This document shows, in pieces, positions 53,605 through 64,000 of a stretch of DNA of 64,000 nucleotides. The position numbers and the translations under genes are program-made. Origin of the DNA: Rhynchobatus australiae (taxonomy: Eukaryota); assembly GCA_034780895.1 (NCBI GenBank), contig JAUZTB010000017.1, positions 16,660,183-16,724,182 on the forward strand, in the 5' to 3' direction. A model generated the notes under the pieces. That model was given only the letters and a program-made list of their open reading frames with translations, did no database searches and was not told the origin of the DNA. Every line of letters begins with the position of its first letter. The stretch's first letter is position 1.

Positions 53605-56479
53605 AACTTTGTGATACATTACTATATTTTGCTTGTGATCTGTAACACTATTCAGTTAAACACTATCCCTGGGAACCGATTTTCAGCAAGATAACAGTAT
53701 TATGATAAGTACGTCATTGTACATCATTGGTACCTATATTTTGTTCACATTATGCACTAAGACTCTCCTAAATGATAAACAACTGAAGATTTAGGAATAT
53801 TATTACAATAGAGTTTCCTTGTCCTCAAACTTGAAGCAAAATTTAACATCTGATGCAATTCTATAAACTATCTTTGTGGNNNNNNNNNNNNNNNNNNNNN
53901 NNNNNNNNNNNNNNNNNNNNNNNNNNNNNNNNNNNNNNNNNNNNNNNNNNNNNNNNNNNNNNNNNNNNNNNNNNNNNNNACTGCACTGCTCCTACAGTAT
54001 TAGTTAGTACATCTTTTTGCCATTTGAGCTCCCCAAACCCATTTGTACTAGCAGCTGTAATAGTGCACCTCTCTGCTGCTGTCCCAGCAAGAAGCAGCCA
54101 ACATCTGCTTCAGCGCATCCAATCACTCTTAGCACATCCATCCCCCTTTGACTAATGTGCACCGACACTCGTATATCACCTGCAAATTGGCCCAAATGAA
54201 TTAACCAGTGCTCTGCTTAACATTACGAGATTTAAATGGATTTTCTCTCTACAGGTCTCCTCAATAATTGCATTTATCCATCTTGTTGAAATACAGTTTA
54301 CACTTGCTAACATCATTCCAATTCAAGCTACATTTTCTGCTCCAGTGGCAGGAACACAGGAGATTTGTCATCATATCATAACGGGTAATTCAAACAACAA
54401 TTAGTTCTATGACTGCCCGTATGTCAACATCTGCTCCAGTAAGCGCAGCTTCAGTTCCCCCACACAGCTCACCAAGATGAATTGTGCTTACTGGTCTTCA
54501 ATTTGGATATAGGCTTAACAAGTCAATGCTACAAAAGCAGAAAGGGTCATCACACATATTGTTTTAAAAAGTGGGCTGCTAAAGGAAGAGATTTTAAAAA
54601 AATAAATGGCCAAAGTAGTATCAGTTAGATTAAAATGCCAGATTACACCAAACCTTATTTAAAAAAAGATTTAGAAATAGTGTTTTGTTGAGGAAATTAG
54701 CTGCAATACATATTTTATATTAGAGTCTTAATCACTGGAACTTTCTAAATATTTCCTCTTCAAAAAAACAAAATTCCAACAACTTTGGACCAGATTTCCT
54801 TTGCTCTGTTTCTGTTAAAATATCCTACCAAAAGAGACAAGCAAAAAAAAAGGAGATGCAACTGTTAGCAAGAAAGCTTTTCAGTCTAATGCAAATACCT
54901 CACTTGAAAACCATTTATAGGATTGTTTTTGATGACATTTAAGCTAGTAAACAGCACCAACTCTCATTTTTAAAGCACCTACCCTAGTGTTTTGTGCATT
55001 AGCCAAAGTAAACAAGAATACAATTGATGAAACCCAATGCTGGGCCTGGCAATATAACACAGAAACAGAACTGGTAATGAGCACTGCTAGACAGCTGAAG
55101 TCTCGTGCAGAATTGCTAGGAGATGAGTTCTTCTGTATTTAAAAAATAGAATGGAACAATGTAACTCCTAGGCAACAGCACCAATTCAGCTGTGTAAACA
55201 ACCTCTCTCTCTCTCCCTGTCTACCCTCACCAACCATTCCCCCACCCATCTAAAAAAATCCTCATTATCTGTAGACCTCCAGAAACTCCTCAACCCCATT
55301 ACATGCATTTCTGAACAATATGATACAATGTCAGTTGGGTATGGGATACGATTTCAATCACTTTGTTTTCAGGTTTTCTGCCTTTAACATCTGAAATATT
55401 TACTGAGATTCAGAGGGGAGCTAATTAAAAGAGCACACAATTGTTTGACAAACAGACGAACAGTACTAGCATTCAAAGTTCACTGGACAGAAAGGAAGAA
55501 TCTCCAGCTAGTGTTTGTTGCTAGTGCTCTAAGAACAGAGTGCTTACTTTTGTTCTCCAACTTGTTAACCCAATGCAGGTGTAGAACATGGAGTCTTTGC
55601 TCAACATTCCTCACCTGACAAGCGCCTGGAGTCAGTCAAGACACACCAAGGAGGGACCAGCTACTGCCTTCAAGTGAGGTGTTCGCCTGCAACCACGAGG
55701 AGCTGAAGGCACATTTACATTGGCATGCGCATGAGTTTGCATGCTTACACCTTCACCAAAATTGACATTACTTGGATAATGGAACTACTTTTAGCAGTGT
55801 AAAGGTAGTAATGGGGGCACCTTCCAATTGCTGGACCATTGCTGACACCTTCCAATAATCCAAACCAAACAAGTTACCAATGGTAAAGACTCAAAGGGCT
55901 GAAAAATGAAGTCTGACACAGGAACTTGGTTAAAATTCCCTACAAATCTATAATATGTGAGGGGCGTAAATTTTGGGTGGGCGAGATCTTAGCAGTTGGG
56001 TAATACGTGCAAAACAGTTAATACCAACTGGAATCGGGTAAAAGGCATTAACGCTATAGGATCACAGGTTCCGTTCCTACTCTGTACCATTTTAGTTGAT
56101 CACCCAATCCAACATCTTGGAGGCTACTGTGGGCCAAGACCTTCCTGGGGGCTGATAAGGGACAGATGATTTTAAAATAATTAGAGCTCCCTCTCTCAGT
56201 TTAATAAACTCATCTTTGAAAGAGTACATTGTAGATGGTAGGATTGGACAGAGTTGTCAACTTTTACTACTCCATACATCTGCATTGCAAGACAATGGAG
56301 CACATTTCCAAATGAAGATGTACCAGACTTGATTCCTAGACTAGAACCTCAAGTCACAGTGCTCATTCAACTTTAAAATGCATTTAGCATTACAAGAAGT
56401 ACAATAGCAAATTCACTACATCCATCCTAAAGTATTTATCATCCTTTTTGTAAAGTAAATAAGGAAATACTTGTACGTT

Positions 56480-56805
56480 AGGTTAAGGCATTTCAAAATG
56501 TTTCACTTAATGATTTTAAAACTTTCTAAAGTGTAACAACTATTGTTGTGTGAAAAAATGTTACATCCTTCGATCACAAACAGCAATGAAATTCATGGCC
56601 CTGCTAATCATCTTTTTGTGGTACTGTGTGAGAGGAGTGCTAGCCAACAGCCAAGAACTTCCTGCTTCGCTTGATGTGTTAGGTTCTTCAAAATCCACCT
56701 GACCGCCCAGGTTGGATCTCCATTTAGCCATAATCTGTGGCTCAGTACATTTGACAATGCAAATCTCTTCAATGCAAATCCATTACACTGAACATCAATC
56801 TGAAA
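56480..56805 (-). mobile_element. Ancient Deu-domain SINE, decayed
   Basis: cacaaacagcaatga...aacttcctgct...tccacctga...tttgacaatgca is the reverse of the Deu consensus order seen at 19480-19803. Confidence 0.55.
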
Positions 56806-58307
56806 GAACTTTGAACAGCTAGCCAGCAGCAAGAGTAGCCAGTAACATTCAAAAGTAATCAATACATAATAGTGCACATAATACATTCATTTTCATAATA
56901 TAGAACATTATGAACAGCAAAAATCCAGAGATTCTGTTAATTATCCCATCAACTGATAACTAAGGTAGAAACCATTTTTCTATATTTCTACACCCAATTG
57001 TTTTTAAACAATTAAACTTAACAAAATCTAATCACACAAATTAAAAGTGTATTCAAGTCCTTAAAATAGGCTTTCATGACAATAATTTAAAATGGTTATT
57101 CTGAATTTTTCTGAGTTCCAGGCAATGGGATTAGAACAGATAATTCAATGGAGAAGACAGCATCAGCACATGCTACAATTGCCCCTTTCTGAAAATTGTA
57201 CAATTTAAAAAGAAATAAAAATCAGTTAACCTCTGCTCTCATCTAAGCATCTTCTAAAGACCAGGTTTACTCCAACCTACCAGTAATTAAAATGCATTTT
57301 GAGAACATTTATAATCTGCTACACTCCGTCGTGGGTTATGTTTGGCCCTGTCAATTGACGTACAGAAGAACGCCTTACATCTTTAATGCTCAGTGGCCTT
57401 CATATTGACTGTGAAGTTATTCCTGCATGTGTATTGACAATGACAAGGTTATCAGTTTAGTGCATTTGCTGACACTCTCACCTCAATCATTAGATTGGAG
57501 GTTCATGCTCCAGTCCAGACATTAACAATCCAGTGCAGTAGCGATGCGTATTCATGAGATCAGTCCATTGGAGAAGACAATGTGAATGTTAAGAACCAGG
57601 TGCCACCACGAGACAGCTGGGATTTTACCCCACTGCCACTCAACATTCCTGCACCAACCAACATCCAATCTCCTTTACCCCTCTTCCACCACCCTCCCAG
57701 AAATGAAGCAATTTAATTTTGGGATCTTGCTTTGTTAAATGAATGTTGGATCTGTCCACATGACAACAGGCAGTGCACATCAAAAGTAATTCATTGCGGA
57801 AGCATTTTGAAAAGATGTGATAAGGCATTAAAGAAAATAAGTCTATCAATTAATCTTGCAGTCAGCACGAGTCAGAAACAAACATTAGGCCAGCAGAAAT
57901 TAACACTGAAAAAAAAATTTTGCTTAAAAACAAAATAGTTTTTTTTGAATCTCAATATTCCATTAGACAGCCTTGACAACACAACTGTTAAATTACCTAG
58001 AGCTTCCAATGAGACCTGTGTACAACTGGAATTTCAACATCTGACACACTGACCCAGCCAGCACACGTCCAAATTTTCCCCAAACTTTTGGCATTGATTT
58101 GGACAAAGGGCAAAGGATGTTAAAGATGTCACATTATACGTAAAGAGAAGGGAGCAGTGAAGGTGCAAGAATTTCAGGCCGTCAAACTGACAGTAACCAT
58201 GCTTTTGTACTGCGCCACTTTTGTCACTATTAATTACATGTGGAAAGGCAAAGCAGCCCAAGGCTTACTCTGCAGCACTGAATTTCAAAAATACCTTATT
58301 TTGTTCC

Positions 58308-58366
58308 TGTGAAGTGCCCAAGGGTGTTTTCCCTTAAAGGCGTTATATAAATGCAAGTTGTTGTGT
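58308..58366 (+). mobile_element. L2-type LINE/SINE 3' tail
   Basis: tgtgaagtgcccaagggtgtttt..ttaaaggcgttatataaatgcaagttgttgt. Confidence 0.6.
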
Positions 58367-61300
58367 TACGGAGAGTGCTACATTGAGCAATATTGTCAGG
58401 GTTCACATATTTAAAGTTGTTATTAAATAAAGGGCTAGAGGTGAAAGAATATCTGTCCTGCCCAACTGCACCATCCAGTCTGTCATGTCATAATATANNN
58501 NNNNNNNNNNNNNNNNNNNNNNNNNNNNNNNNNNNNNNNNNNNNNNNNNNNNNNNNNNNNNNNNNNNNNNNNNNNNNNNNNNNNNNNNNNNNNNNNNCCA
58601 GTCTGTCATGTCATAATATAATCAGTTTCCTACCCTTACATAAAAACTACATTCCGCATGGCAATAATCAAGAAAGTTACAAAACAGAGCTGTCTCACTT
58701 TAGAAATGATGCTAATACATTTGATAAAGGCGGTGTATTTTGAACTCCATAATGATGGGACAAGATTCACCACTGTTCATCAGCGCACAAACCCCATGGA
58801 CATTATCATAAAGATAACTGATCACTAATCCAGAGTGTGGACTGCAATGAAGCTTTCAAATGTAGTTACAGCACAAACATTCACCAAAAGGAGGGACATG
58901 AAAAAAAAAGGACAAGAAAATTTTAGTATAATTTCAGCATAATTAACCCACATATTAAATAACTAGCTTTTAAGAGGACAGTTGTTTCAATCTCCCTCTC
59001 TAACCTCTCAGCATCTTTACTAAAGCATTAATTGCCACATTAAAGAGTTTTGTTTTTGAAAAAAAATGGCCTATTTACAATATAAATATGCAATTGAAAT
59101 TCCTTCTACTTCAATATTTGTTTAGTCTGAAAGTGTTAGAAAGTAGGTTTGTATTAAGCTCTCAAACAATAGAACTGATGGCATGAAAGGTTTAAATCCA
59201 ATTTACACATATATAATCCCACGATTAGCAAATTGAAGTGCCAATCCCAAGGACTACTTGCACATGACCATAATTATTTAAAATGACTGAAATTTTTCAC
59301 ATCCTCTCGCAAGCTCAAATGCTTGAAACTTTATCTCTGCTAATAGCATGCCACGTAAGTAGGAATGGGTTAATTTAGCTGGAAATTAAGTGACTTGTAT
59401 TCAATAAGAATGATTTATAGTTAGTCTTTAACCCACTCTTCCTTTCAGGGAAGTTCAAAGATTTTACTCTTCTATATATGAAAAACAAATGCCAATTTAT
59501 GCTGTTCAAACAGATTGATAAGAGAAAATGTACTGGCACATACTTGCATCCAACAGCAACCTTGCTCTTAAAAAGTCTTGGGTTTTGGTTTTAAAATTCA
59601 ATGATATGTCACTGCTCACATAAAATATACTAACCCCTGCTTAACACCACCACGTGCAAGCACTGTCCCAACTCCCTGATGTCCAACAAAACAAACAAAT
59701 CTTTAATAGAGAGAAAACCCTTGTCCCTCTAGTCAGGAGTAACCTCGTCACCAACAATAACAAGAGATTCCAAGCCTTTTTAAATATGCTGTTCCCACCG
59801 CCTACTGTTTACACTGAAAGACAACAGAAATTGAAACCAATTACTAAATACTTATCACTACTTTCTAATTTTAATAGCACAGTTCAATTAGATTAAACCA
59901 AGGGATACAGCAAAAAAATATAAACAAACACACTAGAAACGTATGCCACATTTAAAATAAAAAGTTATCCAAATGGTCCAACACTGGAATCAAATAAACA
60001 TTTAGAACAACAGAATGAAAAAATTCTGGTATTATTTGTACAAAGCTGCAAAATATTTTAAAGTTTTCCTACCAAACAATAAAAAATTTAGTCAATCCAA
60101 CAAAGTATACACTGAGGAAAAAAACTTCATGGAATTGCAAGCACAACATTCCTGCATATAACTAGCTTCAATTGTACACATACTGTAAATGACTCATAAA
60201 GCAATTAACAAAATAGCATTAGAAAGGGATGATGGATCAAGAAAGGAATTATACAGGTTACATCCAATCCAGCGTTTACAATAATACACCAAAAAAAAAG
60301 TTGCTATGTTATTGCCATTCCCTATAGATCTATAGCTGGACCACATAGAAAAGCTCCCAAGGATGCCATTGCTTGAGAACGAGAAGACAAAACCAACACT
60401 GAACTATATTTAAGGCGATTTTAAAACCAATCATTCAGCATTGCTCTCATTCCAAACAGCTAATCATAATATCATTTTCATCACCACACCACAGACACAT
60501 CCTTTAAAACAAAATACAAATCCATATATTCAAAATCTTCTTGTGAGAGCTGTGGTCTGCAACAAGAGCTGCAATTTAGAGAAGGAAAAATGGGCAATTG
60601 ATTGAAAAGTACGAACAACCTCATGGAGGCATCTTAACTGGTCACAGATGCTTGTAGTCAATTTTAATAAAAACGATGCTGCAGAATAGAGATCAAGTTT
60701 GAAATCAATAAAAAAAAACTAAACAATGAAACTAGGGAGTTCAAATAAAAAAAAGCCTTTTTTCTGTCCTACACAAAAGCAAGAAACCAAAGCAAGTGAG
60801 AGCACCTAGTAAGTCAGAACAAGAAACAGGAAATGGAGCAAGAAATACCTAATGGCTACGTGCTGAATCCTTGTAACAGTCTGCAAACTGGATGTTTTCT
60901 CCCCCCCCCCAAATTAATTGTGTTTGTGCTAATACCATCATCTTTTGTGCCTCAGCAATTCCAAAACCTAAAAGACCACACACCTTGACATTCACTAGTT
61001 TAAAACCTGCAGGTAACTCTGTATTGTATGAAAAAAAATTCCATGGTATTTATTATTACAATGGAAGGAAGTCACTACAGACAATTAACATTAGCTGTGA
61101 CTGCCACAGTTCAAACAAGGCCTCCAAATGAACCTATTTTCCCCCTTCAAATTCCTGTTTAGTAATTGAATCCTTAACTGTTTTCTTAAGAATTGGAGTT
61201 TAAAGAAAAACATCCATTTGTACTGAATAACTGCACTGAACGAGATGGGGCCAAAATTAGGAAGATGGACAAGAACCACACACGTGGATAGCTCGAGACT

Positions 61301-61689
61301 ATAATGAAGCCCCCAACCCCCGCACCCAAACCCTCTTTCAGAAATACGCATTTGAATCTTCTTCTGACAGGCAGCCACTGGCAAGACTACTCTAATTATT
61401 CTAACATTAGCAGCAATTCCAAGTACTACTCAAACACCTTTTGTTCCCTGCATTGCTTTTTGCCAGCCCGAAATTCCTGCCCTGGAGAATGCCGAGAAGC
61501 TGTTTACCACCAGCCCCCTCCCTTACTTCAGAATGCAACATTAGCAAATTTAGCTTTGTCTGCCTATTTTATTCATTTCCCAGTGGTCCAATTGAAATTT
61601 TAAGGGAAACATGTCCAGGCTTTCCTTCCCAGAGCACCAGTACAGCCTGAGGCAATCCTATGGAGGCCGGACACCAACTGCCTCCCACC

Positions 61690-61742
<53 letters not shown>

Positions 61743-63849
61743 NNNNNNNNNNNNNNNNNNNNNNNNNNNNNNNNNNNNNNNNNNNNNNNNNNNNNNNNNN
61801 NNNNNNNNNNNNNNNNNNNNNNNNNNNNNNNNNNNNNNNNNNNNNNNNNNNNNNNNNNNNNNNNNNNNNNNNNNNNNNNNNNNNNNNNNNNNNNNNNNNN
61901 NNNNNNNNNNNNNNNNNNNNNNNNNNNNAAATTAAAGACATTGTGTTTTTTTTTACAGCTGAGCAATTTGTTTTTCCTGTGCTTATTTTACGGCTGCTTT
62001 CCGGCATTTTAAACTCAGCAGGCCACTGTCATATTAAGCCCAGGTTGCTATAGAATTCATTGATAAACATTAATTGCCACAGTTCACAAATTACAGCCCG
62101 ATTGTGTTCTGTTAAATTTGGGTGAATTTCTTTAATGGTTCTAAATCTGAACTCAGGGTCTCTGAACATACAAATCAACGTGGTCACTGGCTTTAAGATC
62201 TTTGCCAACTCTTTCAAAGTCCTTCTTGGCTTTTCTCCCAGCCTACCTTGATAATCTGTCTGCTGGCCATACTGTAGTGCCATACACAGCTCCTCATTCC
62301 CTGCAAACACATCTCCTCACAAAAGGTAACCAATCTTTAAGCCATTGTTATCCAAGTTCCAAAACACTTTCCCCAAAATCTCTACCCAACCGCATTCCTC
62401 TGCTTTTAAAGGCCATAGAACAATCCTATCTTGGACTGTATTTTCACCTCTTAACTATATGCTTCTCTTTCTTCCCTTCCTATTGTCTGCTCTTCCCTTA
62501 GTTCTTCCAACAAGGAAGCAAGGAGCAGCAGAAAACTGCAATTGTTGTAACATAATGTTCAATTGAATATTTCAGAAATGAATTGTGTACTGCACAGTCT
62601 TATTGTTTAAAACATCAGAAAAGTTCAGGATTCAACTCCCAGCAGGTGTTGAAAGTGCAGAACTCAAATTAAGCAACAATCCCAATCAATCTGGTTTGGG
62701 GAGGAGTTAGGGCAGGATTCCTGCTTCAAATTACTGTTGCATTACGAAGTGATTTATATTTCAGGTGAAGACAGATGCCCTTTATGGGGGGAGAAAGTTT
62801 GCTGGTGCATTATTTCACCCTGTACAGTTTCCATGATGTTCTTGTCTGAACCAAACTAACACTTAGGATTAAAAACTGTTAAAGGGGTCTAACCATCAGA
62901 CTTCACTTTGACTACATGTTTCATTAACAATTCAGAAGTACCTGCAGTTGTTTTCTTGAAACAATAAGGCACAAGACTAGTTAATATTTGCACAATCTGG
63001 CACAGCAACTTCCCATAATAATCACTCAAATGCTTTCTGAAAATGTTTTCACAATGAGTTTCAATACTGATAATTTTGATGTCCAAAATAGTAATTCAAT
63101 CCAAAATACAGAAATTCAAACAAAAATACACTTGATTAACTGCATCCACTGAATGAATGGCTTCATTACAGCTTTTAACTTGAACGTCTGAGCCTCTCTC
63201 AAAGCCAGAGGGTGAACTTGGTAGTTTTGCCCAGAGCCAGAAGTAAACAGTCTACCACGTGTTCGCACAGCTTCAGTCTAATGATTTCCCTGATCGCAAC
63301 AGCATTGGACAGGTAGTTTTTTTTCTTAGTAAGAGGATGTTTCTCTTCCCCACCTAGCACTTTCTCAAACCATTCTGAACAGCAAAAATTCAGAAGTATT
63401 ATTTTTGAAAAAGAGGCTATTACCTCTTTTGTGTTCAGGAGTCTTTAAAAAGTTATGCTAAGGTACACAGAAAGATGCAGATGTGTAATTTCTAGTTTTT
63501 CAGAACATTAGTTGAATTATAAAGCCAATTGATTTGCTCCGAGAAGCAACAATAGAAAAGACAGAATAAAGTGAGGAGAGACAGAGAAAAATAACACGGT
63601 ATCAGTGACGAGAGGCCAGACTCATCCACTGATTGTGTGAAAGGAATAGGGCAAGTGAAAATCAGGACACCACAAACTGATTCACGATTCCAAATCAAAA
63701 GTTAACTTTTACCTACATGCCCCAAGTATTCAGAATTTCATGCTAACTTTCAATAATACAGATTATATTAAATCAAAGTCAAACTTGTATTACAAAATAA
63801 AAAGCTCCCTAATAATTGAAAAGTCAGAGCAATAACAAGATAAACATTG

Positions 63850-64000
63850 AAACAAAGGACCACAGATGCTGAAATCTAGATGAAAAAAAACAAGATGATG
63901 GAGGAACTCAGCAGGTCAGGCAGCATCCGTGGAGTAAAACNNNNNNNNNNNNNNNNNNNNNNNNNNNNNNNNNNNNNNTTTTACTCCACGGATGCTGCCT
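63850..64000. mobile_element. Palindromic Penelope-terminus element, centre in a gap, truncated by the window end
   Basis: aggcagcatccgtggagtaaaa (63918-63939) and its perfect reverse complement at 63979-64000 flank a 37-N gap. The left arm is similar to 33081-33140. Confidence 0.75.

Larger units (their letters stand above)
7231..64000 (-). other. tcf7l2: Large TCF7L2 intron upstream of the 102-bp exon (at least 56.7 kb in this window)
   Basis: Begins at the exon acceptor. I could not find the preceding exons (LHFQSGSTHYSAYKTIEHQIAVQ or ...SLSPTART) by eye. The plus strand looks A-rich, as expected for a minus-strand intron. The orthologous human intron is also tens of kb. Confidence 0.75.

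Noticed and set aside
58475-58620. Direct repeat ccagtctgtcatgtcataatata on both sides of a 100-N gap
   Set aside because: Overlapping contig ends at a scaffolding gap. The gctatctatt repeat around 25015 has the same explanation.
61600-62012. Poly-Gly/poly-Pro ORFs and a possible G-quadruplex from the G run at 61692-61742
   Set aside because: A pure G homopolymer abutting an N gap is typical of a two-colour sequencing or assembly artefact.
1-64000. CRISPR arrays, operons, rRNA/tRNA genes, endogenous viral ORFs
   Set aside because: None seen. The DNA is vertebrate intron, and the tRNA-like boxes belong to SINE heads.

Overview
Eukaryotic, AT-rich vertebrate genomic DNA, most likely from an elasmobranch (shark/ray), judged by HE1/V-SINE, Deu-domain SINE, CR1, Rex1/Babar, RTE and Penelope repeats. 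It comes from a gappy short-read assembly with many 10-N and 100-N gaps and a poly-G artefact. The only host coding sequence I can support is one 102-bp minus-strand exon (7129-7230, [34 protein letters not shown]) of the Wnt effector TCF7L2, so the rest of the window is probably TCF7L2 intron. Nearly all listed ORFs are spurious or transposon remnants, and I found no new protein-coding system. The best leads are: (1) short palindromic Penelope-derived elements that seem to fold back at the hammerhead-ribozyme stem II, one with a 14-bp target-site duplication; (2) a degenerate minimal hammerhead motif in TCF7L2-sense orientation; (3) an RTE LINE with a twin-priming-like 5' inversion; (4) candidate enhancers, including paired TCF/LEF sites (possible autoregulation) and tandem PBX-HOX sites. 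Family assignments and comparisons to human come from recalled consensus sequences, not database searches. Repeat boundaries are approximate.
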